The notes: generated by a model from the letters alone, not told the origin. A DNA stretch of 64,000 nucleotides from Isurus oxyrinchus (GCA_026770705.1 JANJGN010000042.1:2604001-2668000); one strand, 5' to 3'. Positions 13,834-27,277 are shown, counted from the first letter of the stretch. Translations and numbers: made by a program.

Positions 13834-13854
13834 GTCTCTGTGGCGCAATTGGTC

Positions 13855-13890
<36 letters not shown>

Positions 13891-13907
13891 GAGACCACCC
13901 AGAGACG
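13834..13907 (+). tRNA. TRNAN-GUU: tRNA-Asn(GTT), intact
   Basis: gtctctgtggcgcaattggtcagcgcgttcggctgttaaccgaaaggttggtggttcgagaccacccagagacg; perfect acceptor, anticodon and T stems, followed by a T7 Pol III terminator about 10 nt downstream. Confidence 0.92.
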
Positions 13908-16223
13908 AAATTTCCCCTTTTTTTCCCCCATCAGCCTTCATTGTCACTCAGTTCCCGATTGTCATTGCCTGCTTAAGCTGAATGCCAAGACCCCGGAAAT
14001 TTTGCCGGCTCCACTGTTATCCAGTGAGCTCCCTGGTAAGCGGCTTTTTTTCGAATATTAATTTCAAATATAATGAGAAAACATTTAGATCTACCAAGCA
14101 CTGATATCCAACACCTTGGATATATATGAAGTTATTGGATTCAAACAAACCCATCAATTATTCCCTCTTCCTCAGCTCCACAGTGAGTGAGACAGGGAAA
14201 AGCAGAAAAGCAGCAATATTCCGGCCCCGCACTCTCCAATCACCCGCAACCAGCAGAAAGCAGCGACTGCAGCTTCAATCAGCAGTTACTGCCCATCCCT
14301 GGGACACGAGATACTCCAACCCGGGCCAAACCTCCCAATACACGGAGCACAGGCTCAGGAAAACACAAGTAGATTATATTCCGATCACTAAACCTCCGAG
14401 CAGCATTTGCAGAATTCCCGAGTGAGTGAGTCACAAATAAAAGTCACACAAACTTTCTAATTCTTTTCACTGTAAAATTCCTTCATTTTATTGAAAAGCT
14501 GACTGTTGGGAATCTGAAAATGAGCACCATGGGATTTTTGTTACCGAGTGACTTGTTTTCCACTGATTATCCTTCAGTTTTGCAATTCAAATTATGTTGG
14601 ATATTGAAGCGAATCTGTTTTCAAAATGAGGTCACAAAGCAGCTAAATATTAAATCCAGAAACAAATCCTGAGGAAAATGGATCACAATGTTTGGAAGGA
14701 GGTGCATCTGAGGAGTGGAAGTTGTGAATGGTGTTATTGATGATTGAATGGAAGGCACTGGGGCCTTAGTCAAAAATCGTGTCCCAGTGGTGAAAACGAT
14801 GCTGTTAAAATCCTTTGGGGTTTCCCCAGGAAAATTCCAATCTTACCGACTGTGCTTTTGATTTCAACCAGGTGTCCACAGAACTCTCGGACCAATGGAA
14901 GAAAAAACATCCAAAAGTTTCTCCTGATTTTTGGACTCTAAGGGAACGAAGGGCGATCGGGATCGGGTGGGAATTTGGTCTTGAAGCTGGACATTCGCCA
15001 TGATCTTATAAAGTGACTGTGGAGGCTTGAGGGGCCTTATGAAGTATTGTTGCTGCTTTGATTCTGTTCTATTTGAATAGCAATGCTAGGCAAGGTGATG
15101 GGCAGTAATAATGAAGTTTGGTTTCAATTACCACTTCCACTGCTGCTAAAATTGCCTGATTGGTCGAAAAAGTGGTAGCTCACACTTAAAGCAGGTGTGT
15201 ACGGTGTTTCACTATAACAGAAATTCTGAGAGACAATAAAATATAAATGGCTGTGGAGAAAAGGCGGGACTGTTGAATTAGCTGTGAAACTTGTGCAGGA
15301 CAGATATTCGTCTCCAGCTCTTTCTGCCAGTCCAGGTCAATTAGTTGCTTGATGCAAACGCAGTCAGATGGTGCGAACGTAAAACAGAACGTGATCGGTT
15401 TACAGATAGCAGCGTACAGAGACACCAGGATCTTCCTGATTCGCCCAAGTACTGATTACAGGTATGAGCACAGTGCCGATTATCCACAATCACACTTCCC
15501 TTCCAGTCTTGTCCGAGTTGTTCAGCTTTGAAAATGCTCATATTTTCACTTTGGATGTCAATGTGATGTAAGCAGAGCTGTGATATGCTTATATAGTTCA
15601 GCAGATGAACTGCAAGAAGTTATAAAACAGGCAGATAACAGTGCTCTATGGACGCAGTGAGCTCCAGTGAAGGATTCACACCATTAATATGTCGTTCAAT
15701 TAGTCTCGTGACAAATCTCGTGCTGGAAATGACAAGAAATCTCGCTGAATTTCTTCCGTGCTTTGGTTCAAACCAGCCGAATACAAGATAGAAAGTACAT
15801 CTCGCTCGAGTGGGTTATAAAATGGAAGAATGACCAGTGCTGTTCGGAAACATAAAATTATACAAAGTCACAGCACAGAAAGAGGCTATTCAGCCTGGCG
15901 TGCTGCTTTCAAAGAGCAGTAGTGATTGGTTGATCCATCAGGAGTGATACTTATGTCAGTGCAAACAGTAGGCAGCAAAATTTGCCCTTCTCCCACCCAT
16001 ATTTTCCTGGCGCCACCATCTCTGTGGTCAGTGCTTTGCACCCAGCCCTTCTCTTGTCCTTCTTTCACTCCGCTTCTGTTTTTGTTCTCGACTTGTCCAA
16101 ATATGACATTTCCAACTCTGCGGCGAAACTTCAACTATCACTTCACTGATTCTGGTGGAGCTGTTAAATGGTTTCCATCAATAACTAATTAATACTCATT
16201 TTAACAAGATAAAAAAATCTACA

Positions 16224-16295
16224 TTCGCTGATTGGGAATCAAACTCAGGCTACTGTCAATAAAGTGTCGAACCCTGCCCACTCGAACACCGGGGA
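16224..16295 (-). pseudogene. tRNA-Glu pseudogene (highly decayed)
   Basis: ttcgctgattgggaatcaaactcagg...ccactcgaacaccgggga aligns end to end with reverse-complemented tRNA-Glu. Confidence 0.6.
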
Positions 16296-16299
16296 AGCT

Positions 16300-18700
16300 A
16301 CTGTCTTAATTTCCCTGTTCCTTTCACCCACTGTAACCTGTCTCTCTCTGAACCTGCTGCACTCCGTTCTCTTAGGTCCAACCCTGACATTGTTATCAAA
16401 CCAGCTGACAAGGGTGGTGCTGTTGTTGTCTGGCGCACTGACATCTACCTCGCAGAAGCTGAGCGCCAACTCACAGACATTTCCTCCTACCTGCCCCTGG
16501 ACCATGACCCCACCACTGAACATCAAACCATTGTTTCCAGGATGGTTACAGACCTCATCTCCTCTGGAGTTCTTCCTCCCACAGCGTCTAACCTCATAGC
16601 CTCCCAACCTTGGACGGCCCGTTTATACTTCCTGCCCAAAATCCACAAACAGGACTATCCGGGCAGACCGAACATGTCAGCCTGTTCCTACCACACGGAA
16701 GTAATTTATTGCTATCTTGACTCCATTCTCTCTCCCCTTGTCCAGTCCCTTCCCACCTATATCCGTGATTCCTCTGACACCCAACATCATATCATCAATT
16801 TCCAGTTCCCTAGCCCCAACTGCCTCCTCTTCACCATGGACGTCAATCCCTCTACACATCCATCCCCCACCGGGATGCTTTGAGGGCTCTCTCCTTCTTC
16901 CTCAAACAGAGGCCCGAACAATCCCCATCCACCACTACTATCCTCCGCCTGGCTTAACTTGTTCTCACACTGAATAATTTCTCCTTAAACTCCTCTCACT
17001 TCCTCCAAATAAAAGGTGTGGCTATGGGTACCCGCATGGGCCCCAGCTATGCCTGTCTCTTTATGGGGTATGTGGAAATGTCCTTGTTCCAGTCCTACTC
17101 CGGCCCCCTCCCACAACTTATTCTCCGGTACATAGATGATTGCTTTGGTGCCACTTCATGCTCTCGAGTGGACCTGGAAAAATTTATTAATTTTGCTGCC
17201 AATTTCCAACCCTCCATCATTTTCACATGGTTCATTCCTGACACTTCCCTTCCCTTTCTTGACCTCTCTGTCTCAATCTCTGGTGATAGACTGTCCACCA
17301 ATATCCATTACAAACCTACTGACTCCCACAGCTACCTCGACTACAGCTCCTCACACCCCGCTTCCTGTTAGGACTTCATCCCATTCTCTCAGTTCCTTCG
17401 CCTCTGTCGCATCTGTTCTGATGATGCCACTTTCAAAAACAGTTCCTCTGACATGTCCTCCTTCTTCCTTAATTGAGGCTTCCACCCATGGTCACTGACA
17501 GGGTCCTCAACCGTGTCCGGCCCATCTCCCGTGCATCCGCCCTCATGCCTTCTCCTCCCTCCCAGAAACATGATAGGGTCCCCCTTGTCCTCACTTATCA
17601 CCCTACCAGCCTCCACATCCAAAGGACTATTCTCCACCAACTCCAGCATGATGCCACCACCAACCACATCTTGCTTTCAAACCACCACCACCACCCCCCC
17701 TCCCGGTGGCATTCTGCAGGGATCGTTCCCTCCGGGACACCCTGGTCCACTTCTCCATTACCCCCTACACCTCAACGGCCTCCCATGGCACATTCCCATC
17801 CAATCACAAAACACTTGCCCATTTACTTCCCCCCTCCTCAACTTCCAATGGCCAAAATATTCCTTTCAAGTGAAGCAGCAGTTCACTTGCACTTCCCTCA
17901 ATTTAGTCTACTGCATTTGATACTCCCAGTGCGGTTTCCTCTACATTGGAGAGACCAAACGCAGACAGGGTGACCACTTTGCAAAACACCTTCGGTCTGT
18001 CTGCGAGCATGACCCAAACCTCCCTGTCGCTTGCCATTTCAACACACCACCCTGCTCTCTTGCCCACATGTCCGTCCTTGGTCTGCTGCAATTTCCAGTG
18101 AAGCTCAATGCAAACTGGAGGAACAGCACCTCATCTTACGATTTGGCACTTTACAGCCTTCCAGATTGAATATTGCATTCAAAAACTTTAGCTCATGAAA
18201 TCTCTCCTCCATCCCCACCCCTTTCTGATCCCCCTTTTTTTCCAGCAATTTATATATATTTTTTCTGTTCCCACCTATTTCCTTTATTTTTAAATGTACT
18301 TCCATCCATTGTTTTATCTCTACTTTTTAGCCTATTCCGATCCCTTCCCCCCACCCCACCCGCACTAGGGCTATCTCTACCTTCCTCGTTCTGATTTCTA
18401 CCCTTAATGTCACCTATTAGCACATTTCTTAGCTAATATCAACACCGTCAACAACATCCCTTTGTCCTTTTGTCTATGACATCTCTTCTTTGCTTCCACA
18501 TATCACTGCCCCCCGATCCAGCTCAACCTGCCCCAGCCCCCACTACCAGCTTATATTTCACCGCATTTCTCCATTTCCTTAGTTCTGAAGAAGAGTCATA
18601 CGGACTCGAAGCGTCAACTGTATTCCTCTCCACAGATGCTGTCAGGCCTGCTGGGTTTTTCCAGGTAGCTTTATTTTTCAGCACCCGCAGTATTTTGCTT
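16300..18700 (+). mobile_element. Penelope-like retroelement (RT + GIY-YIG), 5'-truncated, frameshifted
   Basis: IKPADKGGAVVVW, YFLPKIHKQDYPGRP, GVAMGTRMGPSYACLFMGYVE, RYIDDCF, PFLDLSV, HYKPTDSHSYLDYSSSHP, YIGETKR; 3' pLTR-like tail with hammerhead motif. Confidence 0.92.
18581..18619 (+). ncRNA. Minimal type I hammerhead ribozyme motif (PLE-associated, probably degenerate)
   Basis: agtt-CTGAAGA-a-gagtc/atacg/gactc-GAAG-cgtc-aact: CUGANGA core, 5-bp stem II, GAAA>GAAG, stem I agtt/aact. Confidence 0.6.
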
Positions 18701-19129
18701 TTAACTGAGAGATGGAAATCAATATGTTTCAGTGAGATAGACGCTGTCTCACGTCGAGAGATGACAGAATTTAAGTGATTGTGGTGACAAACGTGCCCAT
18801 CTTAGCAAAGAAATGGTTGGCATGACATGAATTTCTAAACAAGAGCACACAACAGGATATACTATCAATGAATATTTACATTATTAGACGATCTGTAGTT
18901 ACAGTTTGAATAAGAGAAAATAAAATAAAATGAAACATTCTGGTGAAGATAAATCTTTTATCTTTGTGGAATGAAGCAACATGATTTCTTTTCACACCGA
19001 CACACAGAACAGGCGATGTCTCATATGTAATACTGTTGGTTGTGATGATACTGAATATCAGGGGCTGCGCGGAACAAACAGTCAAAACCTGTAGTTTTAG
19101 GCCAAAGTCAAAGGCCCATTTCGAACTCA

Positions 19130-20460
19130 ACGTTCACCTTATAGAAGCATAGAATAGTGCAGTAACAACAAAGACAAAGCCTGGTGTGGTAATTACTGAG
19201 ACAGGGCCTAGCGCAATTGAAGCACAGGCATGACTAGAGAGGCCATCTAATGTTACTTAAGCAAAAACGTGACCTAGAGCATGAATAACAGGGGCGGGGA
19301 TGAGTGTGATATTAACATAGACAATGTCTACTGCTGTAACAGCGGAGATGGGTCTAGTGCAATAGTTACCGATACAGGGCCTGGATCAACATCAAGTGAA
19401 ATAGGGCAGTTATTACAGGCACAGGGCACAGAGTAATTGCTTCCCAGAGAGAGTCTAAGGCCGTAATATTGGAGACTGCCACCAGTGTAAGAGAGACAGA
19501 CATGATCTCGTGGAGTAAAAACACGGAAAGGGAGAGTGGAATAGAAGCAGAAACAGAGGTACAAAGACAAAGTCTCTGCAAAGACAGAATCCATTTTAAT
19601 TAAAAAGAAAGACAAGCTCGAGTGTAATACAGGCTGATAGAGAGTCTAGTGTAAATTGTTCTGAAATACGGTCTGGAGGAACATAAGTACAGACATGATT
19701 GAGTGTGTTATAAGCAGCGCCACGACCTAGTGAAACATAACTGAGGCAGTGCTGAGTACAGTAATAATTGAGACAGGATCTTGTGCAATACGAACCTGCC
19801 TAGTGTAGTGATAACACTGACTGGATCCAGTTTTAGAAAACTGATACACGGTCTAATGCAGCTTCACATAATTCAGGGCTCTTATTAATATCAACCGATG
19901 CAGTGTCTGGTGAATTAAATACCGGCAAAGGTACGAGATCAATAAAAGCAGAGACCTACCCTAGTACAGCAATAAGAGAGTAATGGTTTTGGTCAATAAA
20001 ACCAGAAACAGGGAATTGTGTGGATATGAATGGAGACATGTATTGGTGCAGCATCACCTGAGACAGGGTCCAGTTGGATAGACACGTGGCAGGTTCTACT
20101 GGAGTAATAGCTGAGACAGTCTTGTGAAATGCAAATAAAAACATGTTCTACTTTTCTATAACCAGAGACAAGCTCTAGTGCAGTGCCAACTGGGGAATGG
20201 CTTATTGTAATTTTAGCCGAGACCTGCTTCAGTGCAGTCATGACTGAGATAGTGCCAACTGTATTATGGCCATAGTCCAGTACATAAACAACTGCGACTG
20301 AGCCAATTACAGAAACAACTGAGAGATGACCTTCTCTGATATGATCAGAGACAAGTCCTAGTGTAATAGAAACAGAAACGGCGTCTAATTTAATATGAAC
20401 AGAGACAGTGCCAAATGCAGTAATAATTGAGACAGTGCCTGCTTCATGTGATGTGGGCAA
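19130..20460. repeat. Degenerate 27-bp tandem array (consensus near ACTGAGACAGGGTCTAGTGTAATANNN), copy 1
   Basis: Recurrent gagacagggcctag/gagacagggtccag/gagacaagtcctagtgtaata; minus-strand ORFs show 9-aa periodicity (ITAFGTVSV HIKLDAVSV SITLGLVSD). Confidence 0.75.
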
Positions 20461-20573
20461 TCACGGTTACACTGCCACCCATTGGTCAATCTATGCTACT
20501 GCAGGTGTTGTGAAAATGGCGATTGAATTTACTGTTTCTGAGATCATTCGTTAAAATAAGAAATATTGGAAAA

Positions 20574-20655
20574 CATAATCGACAGGATTTGAACCTGCGT
20601 ATGGTAACCCAAATGGATTTCAAGTCCATCGCCTTAACCACTCGGCCACGACTAC
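20574..20655 (-). tRNA. TRNAS-UGA: tRNA-Ser(TGA), possibly functional or early pseudogene
   Basis: Minus strand gtagtcgtggccgagtggttaaggcgatggacttgaaatccat...gcaggttcaaatcctgtcgattatg; G-U pairs in the acceptor stem and a damaged variable arm. Confidence 0.65.
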
Positions 20656-21626
20656 AGATGTTGACATTGTGCCTGTATTATTTATATGATTTCATAGAAT
20701 GGTTACAGCAGACGAAGAGGGGCTTCTCCCCGCCCTGTCTCTGTCACAACCTAGCCGGGCATGCACACGCGTTATTTCCGATGTGGAAATTCAGGAAGAT
20801 CAATGTTGTTTCCGCCTCGAGCCTCAGCTTGTTCTGAGTTTCAAACTGTGGAAGGTAATCGACCTGCAAAATCCACAAGGTTGCAATGCATTCCTCTCAA
20901 TCATCAAAAACATCATTCACATCTTCCACTTCTTTGCTGCATCTCCTTCCAAATATTGCAAACTCCACTTGCATCGTCCATCCTGATATTGTTCTCTTTG
21001 ACATTTTAATATGAAGTTGCACAACCAATGTTAATCAAGTTTGTGTTGGTGAATATGTGTCTATCCCCTCGGGGAACTGAACCACATTGACACACACAGA
21101 GGAACACACACTGACACATACAACGAGAGTGACAGAGGCCGATGCAGTGTCAAACACCCAGAAAGCAATGATGTCACCAACTTGGCCAATTATTGTTCAT
21201 TTCAGACTGCAAATGTAGTGAATATTTGCAGATGAATTGAAGTCAGAAACACATGGGTGTTTGGGTGGTTTTCTTTATCATTTGATCGATAATTTATTCC
21301 GCAGACAGTTTGTGTCAATCAGGAATGAGAAGAAGGGGAGCTGGCAGGATTGCAACCACGTGGAAAAACGTGTGAACCACTCGGCCAGGACAACTGCGGA
21401 AAGGCTGCATGTTGTTTGTTTAAAATAATAGAATGAATACAGGGAGTTCCAGTGAAAGAAGATCTTCCAGTCCGTGCCATTGTCCCACCTTTTCCCAGTC
21501 ACCCTGGGATTTACACTGTCTCTCCTCATTCTCCCAACTGAAATACAACTATGTACAGCTCAGCTGCTCCTTCACCGCACAGAGAATCTTTTGGAAGCGT
21601 CTCAAATAACAAAGCACCAGAAAGTT

Positions 21627-21708
21627 TGACAGCGGTGGGAGTAAAGCCCAATTCACCAGAGAGATCAAAACCTAACCAGCGGCTGAGCCCGCTCGGCCTC
21701 ACTACCAC
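21627..21708 (-). pseudogene. tRNA-Leu-derived pseudogene
   Basis: Reverse complement begins ggtagtgaggccgagcgg and ends cccaccgctgtca, like tRNA-Leu; middle is degenerate. Confidence 0.55.
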
Positions 21709-23316
21709 ATTGAGATTAGACACCAGCATTGTCTTCACCAACATTGACACTGAATTAGAATATAAAACATAATGTTCAAGAATTGGCCATTCGGTTCCTG
21801 GAGCATTCTCAGTTACTTAACAAGATCATGTGAAAACTTCAATCATCCTCCGCTTTGTAACATCCAGAAGTTTAATTACTGAACAGTCTCCACTCAAAAT
21901 AAAGAGAGAAATGTCCTGTTAACTGATTTTTTTTTTGCTGATAGGAAGTCGGAGAAGTAACATGAATAATGTTTGGGCGGTGAAAATGGGAAAGTGAACC
22001 ACATTGACACACATAGAAAATCACAAATACGCACGTTGTTAAGATTTGAAATTGTGCTTATTTTCACACTGTCTTTCAATGTGCAGAAAGTGGAGCTGTG
22101 ATCAGCTTATATCTCAGAAGATGTACAGCAAGAAGGTATATAACAGGCTGATGCTCACGGTGTCTGTTTGAACTCAGTGAGCTGCGATTGAGACCATTTA
22201 ATTGTCATTCAATGAATCCAGTTCCAAATTCTGTGCTCGAAATGATAAGAAAACTTGCTGAATTTGCTTATTATCTTGAATGCAAAGCATCACATGGAAG
22301 ATAAGAAAGTTCATCTTAACCATGGTGTTAGGAAACATAAAATGACAGAAAGTTACAGCAAAGAAAAAGGCCATTCGGCCCTGTGTGCTGCTTTCAAAGA
22401 ACAGTGTGACTGGTTGATCTGAATGATATTCATTGTTTACGAAGAATGGACAAAAAGGAAAATGGGATGGGGTTGCGCTGTTAATAAGGAACGAGATCGT
22501 TACATTGGTGAGAGAGGATCTTAGATTGAAGGATCAAGATGTAGAATCAGTTTGGGTAGAGCTAAGAAACAGCAAGAGACAGCAACCATTGGTGGGCGTT
22601 GTTTATAGGCCGCCAAACTGTAGTGGAGTTTACCTTTACAAACTTCACCAAGGATAAGTTTCTTTGACCAAATGGTCTGTGTCGGATGAACACAAGCGAC
22701 GCCTTCAGCCAATGAGAAGAACCATTGCTGTTCGCTGGAACATGAAATCGATACTTTCCTCCTTTAAGCCAGTTCTTAAACCCTCCCCCTTTGACCGAAG
22801 TTTTAGTCATCTGACCGATTATGTGGCTCAGTGTCATACTTTGTTATATAATGATTCTGGGGAACGCCTTGTGACGTTGCATTAGGTAAAAGGAGGTTTA
22901 TAAATATAAGTTGTTGTTGTAGTCCATACATAGAGAGAGACAAACTACTCTTTCCTCTTTCATCCTGATTTTTTCACAGTAATATTGAAATGTGAAGTTG
23001 CACAACTAATGTGAATACGGTTTGTACTCGTAAAAATGTGTTCGCCTCCTCGGGGAACTGAACCACATTGACCCACACAGAGGAACACACTCAGAGGTAT
23101 ACACCGAGAGTGACAGAGGCCTAAGGAAGGACAAATGCCAGAATGAAATAATGTCACTAGATTGGCTCAGTGTTTTTCCATTTCCAACTGGAGATTTGCA
23201 GAAGGCTGAAAAATAAACGGAAACAAGAGATCACGGGTGTGTTTGGATCGCTTTTCCTCGATTCAAACGATAATTAGCTCTGTCTGTGCGCGGTTAAAAT
23301 CAGAAAAAATGAGAAA

Positions 23317-23398
23317 CGTAATCTTCAAGATTCAAACCTGCGCGGGGTAACCTCAATGGATTTCTAATCCATCGCCTTAACCACTCGGCCATGAGTAC
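23317..23398 (-). pseudogene. tRNA-Ser(AGA) pseudogene
   Basis: Reverse complement of gtactcatggccgagtggttaaggcgatggattagaaatccattgagg...; acceptor and T stems mismatched. Confidence 0.75.
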
Positions 23399-23569
23399 AG
23401 AAGCTGCTCACATGTTACTATTATTTATATGAAATCATGCAATGTTTGCAGTGGAGAAAGCAGTCTTTCTGCCCGTCCTGTCACCCCCATTACCTGACCT
23501 TTTCCCCAGAACCCTGCAATTTATCCTGTCGCTCCTCGTTCTTCTGACCAAACTGGGAATGAAAGAGTG

Positions 23570-24882
23570 AGAATGATCCAACCCAGCCAATTACCACCCC
23601 ATCAGTCTACTCATCATCATGAGTAAATTAATGGAAAGAGTCATCAACAGCGCTATCAAGAGGCACTGACTTAGCAATAACCTGCTCACTGATGCCCAGC
23701 TTGGGTTCTGCAAGGACCACTCAGCTCCTGATCTCATTACAGCCTTGGCTCAAACATAAACAAAAGAGCTGAACTCCAGGGTTTAGGTGAGATCAGCATT
23801 TGACCGAGTGTGGCATCAAGGTGCCCGAGCACAACTGGAGTCAATGGGAATTAGGGGGAAACTCTCGGCTTGTTGGAGGCATACCTAGCACAAAGGAAGA
23901 TGGTTGTGGTTGCTGGAGGTCAGTAATCTTAGCTCCAGGACATCACTGCAGGAGTTCCTTAGGGTAGTGTCCTCGGCCCAACCATCTTCAGCAATAAACT
24001 TCCATCCATCATAAGGTCAGAAGTGGCGAAGTTAGCTGATGATTGCACCATGTTCAGCACCATACCCGACTCTTCAGATACTGAAGCAGTCCATGTCCAA
24101 ATGCAGCAAGACCTGGACAATATCCAGGCTTGGGCTGACAAGTGGCAAGTAACATTCGCACCCCACAAGTGTCAGGTAATGACCATCTCCAACATGAGAG
24201 AATCCAACTATCGCCTCTTGATGTTCAATGACATTAACCTCACTAAACCCCTCACTATCAACATCCCGGGAGTTCCCATTGACCAGGAACTGAACTGGAA
24301 TAACCATATAAACACTGTGGCTACAAGAGTAGGTCAGAGGTTAGGAATCATGCAACGTGTAACTCACCTCCTGACTCCCCAAAGCCTGTCTACCATCTAG
24401 AAGGCACAAGTTAGGAGCATGATGGAATATTCCCAACTTGCTTGGATAGGTGCAGCCCCCTCAACACTGAAGAAGCTGGACACCGTCCAGGGCAAAGCAG
24501 TCCACTTGACTGGCACCACATCCACATTCACTCCCTTCACCACCGATGCACAGTAGCAGCAGTGTGTACCATCTACAAGATGCACTGCAGGAATTCACCA
24601 AGGCTGCTTAGACAGTAGTGTCCAAACCTACGACCATTACGAGCAAGAGGAACAAGGGCAGCAGATAGATAGGAACACCATCACCTTGAATTCAGTCACT
24701 ATCCTGACTTGGAAATATATCGCCGTCCCTTCACTTTCACTGGGTCAAAATCCTGGAACTCCCTTCCTACACCACTGCAAATGTTCAAGAAGGTAGACCA
24801 CCTTTTCAAGGGCAATTCGGGATGGACAATAAATGCTGGCCCAGACTGTGAAGCCCACATCACGTGAATGAATTAAAAAAAA
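23570..24882 (+). mobile_element. CR1/L2-superfamily LINE 3' fragment (second family)
   Basis: NYHPISLL, FDRVWH, GVP*GSVLGP, LADDCTMFSTI, DLDNIQAWADKWQVTFAPHKCQVM; 3' tail aagggcaattcgggatggacaataaatgctggcc...tgaatgaattaaaaaaa. Confidence 0.85.
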
Positions 24883-26368
24883 TCTCCAGGTTTAGCTGCA
24901 AATTATATTGTCTTGAACTTCTGACCAAAGTAAAGCCCTGCAAACGTCAGACCCTGGAGCAAGGCTGACGTATTTGCTCAGGTGAGAAACCACCTGAAGC
25001 TTTCAATATTGGTTTTCTTAACACCGATTTCCAATGGGAATTGTTCAATGACTTGGAAGCGAAAAAACAGGGCTAAGGAGAAAAAGAAAGAAACTGTCAT
25101 TAATTATAAAGCTCTTTGTACAAAACTGACATAGATACGATCTGTGGAAGGTCCTCTTACTGCGCTGCGCCATTTGATGCTGACATTGTTGATCAGTCTG
25201 TCTCCAGCATTCCTAATGAGAACAGCCGAATTCCATTTCTTCAAAACAAAGACCCAAAGTGCTGCTGCATGACGTCACCGTTTAACATTCCAGACAGCTC
25301 CATTGGGATCTTTACAGCGCAGGGTTTATAGGGGCGAGTGGGGTCATATTCGCTTCACATATGATGGAGCTGCGGTTTGATACCTGGCAAGAGCATTATC
25401 CAAGCGTGTTTATTTGAGTGAGTGAAAGTTCGATAATATACGTTTGTTGTAAATATGAACATGACGGTTGGAATCCTGCTGACTAAAGTTTTCACCGTTT
25501 GTGATTTTAACCAAATTAATTATCAGTTAATTGGAAGGAAACCCATCCAAATATGTCTGTATTTTCTGATTTCCATTCATCTGTCAGCATTCAAGAAATT
25601 TGCTTTCGGAAATGGAACAAACACTGAGCCAAGTTGGTGACATTCATGCTTTTTGCGTGTGTGTCTCTCCTTTGGCCACTGTCACTCCCGGTGTTTCTCT
25701 CTGTGTCTGTTCCTCTGTGATTGTCAATGTGGTTCAGTTCCCTGAGAGGGTGAAAACTTTTTTAACGTCACAAACTTGATTCACATTAGTTCAGGTTAAA
25801 ATGTCGATGAGAAAGGTATCAGCGTGAAGGATAAAGCAGGAGACTGGCCCTTTCTATATATATCCTACAACAGCAACAACTTGTATAAATAAAGCACTTT
25901 TAACCTGTTGAAACGTCACAAGGCGTTCCCCGTGAGATTTATATAACAAAGTGTGACACTGAGCCTCATATTCGGTCAAATGACTAAAAGCTCGGTCAAA
26001 GGGGGAGGCTTTAAAAACTGTATAAAAGGAGGAAAGTATCGATTTCATGTTCCAGCTCACAGCAATGGTTCTTCTCATTGGTGAAGAAATCACTTGTCCA
26101 TTGACTCGGGATTGGCTCTTCCATTGGACCAACAGCGAATAGGATGGAGGGTTTTGGAAATTGAAAGTTACACATGAGCAGCTTATGGGGCTATTTCACC
26201 TCACTGTCGATTTCATGTTCCACCTCACGGCAACCGTTGTTTTCATTGGCTGATGAAGTCATTTATCTTGAACCTAAACAGGCAGTTTTTTGCTGAAAGA
26301 GCTCTGAACGAAAGAACAATAGGCAAAAGCCACGTAGATAAGCCGAATCGAAAAACTAAGGTACAATT

Positions 26369-26440
26369 TCGCTGGTTCTCTAGTGGTTAGGATGCGGTGC
26401 TCTCACCGCTGTGGCCCGGGTTCAATTCCCGGTCAGGGAA
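26369..26440 (+). pseudogene. tRNA-Glu(CTC), likely pseudogene
   Basis: tcgctggttctctagtggttaggatgcggtgctctcaccgctgtggcccgggttcaattcccggtcagggaa; G-G mismatch in the acceptor stem, altered A-box, intact B-box. Confidence 0.75.
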
Positions 26441-27204
26441 CGTTGCTTGATTGAATTTTTTGAAACGAGTGTTGAACACTCATTGATTAGAAATGTTTAA
26501 AAGCTTCAGCAGAATCAGAAGAGTGAGGGTTTAAATTTCGCCTCAGATCTGGAAAACATCACACTCGTGAGTGGCAGTGAAGGAAGAGGAGAGGAGAAGG
26601 GCTGTTTACAAAGCACTAGCTATAGAAATGTTGGTGTGAGGAAAAATATGGGTGGGAAAAGTACGAATTTTGCTTCCTACTGTTTGCACTGGCACAAAAA
26701 TCACTCCTGATGGCTCAACCAATCACAACTGCTCTTTGAAAGCAGCACACCCGGCCGAATGGCCTCTTTCTGCGCTGTAACTTTCTATAATTTTATGTTT
26801 CCCAACAGCACGGGTTATTCTGCCATTTTGTAACCCACTCGAGTGAGATGTACTTTCTTACCTTGTATTCGGCTCTTTTGAAACCAAAACACGGAGCAAA
26901 TTCAATGAGTTTTCTTCACATTTACAGCACGAGATTTGTCACGAGACAAATTGAATGACACATTAATGGTGCTGATCCTTCACTGGAGCTCTGCGTCCAT
27001 AGAGCACTGTTATCATCAGCCTATTCTGTACCTTCGAGCAGTTTATCTGCTGAACAATATAAGCTTATCACAGCTCTGCTTTATTCACATTGAAACCCAG
27101 TGTGAACATCAATTAAAAAGCTGAACAACTGGGAGGAGAGTGACTGTGGATAATCGGCACTGGGCATCCACGTATGTTGGGATAATACGAAACAGTATTC
27201 ACAT

Positions 27205-27277
27205 TTCTGGGTAGCTCAATCGGTAGAGCGTGCGACTCTTAATCTCTGCGTTGTGGGTTCCAGCCACACGATGGTTG
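27205..27277 (+). pseudogene. tRNA-Lys(CTT) pseudogene
   Basis: gtagctcaatcggtagagcgtgcgactcttaatctc...gtgggttccagcc. Confidence 0.75.

Larger units (their letters stand above)
13320..16295 (-). repeat. Inverted copy of the Glu-(Lys)-Asn tRNA module
   Basis: 13330-13760 is the reverse complement of about 3110-3570; 14120-14750 of about 28230-28870; 15450-16200 of about 26450-27165. Confidence 0.8.

Noticed and set aside
16300-18200. Active or domesticated reverse transcriptase gene
   Set aside because: Multiple frameshifts and stops split RT and GIY-YIG across frames; an ordinary decayed PLE.
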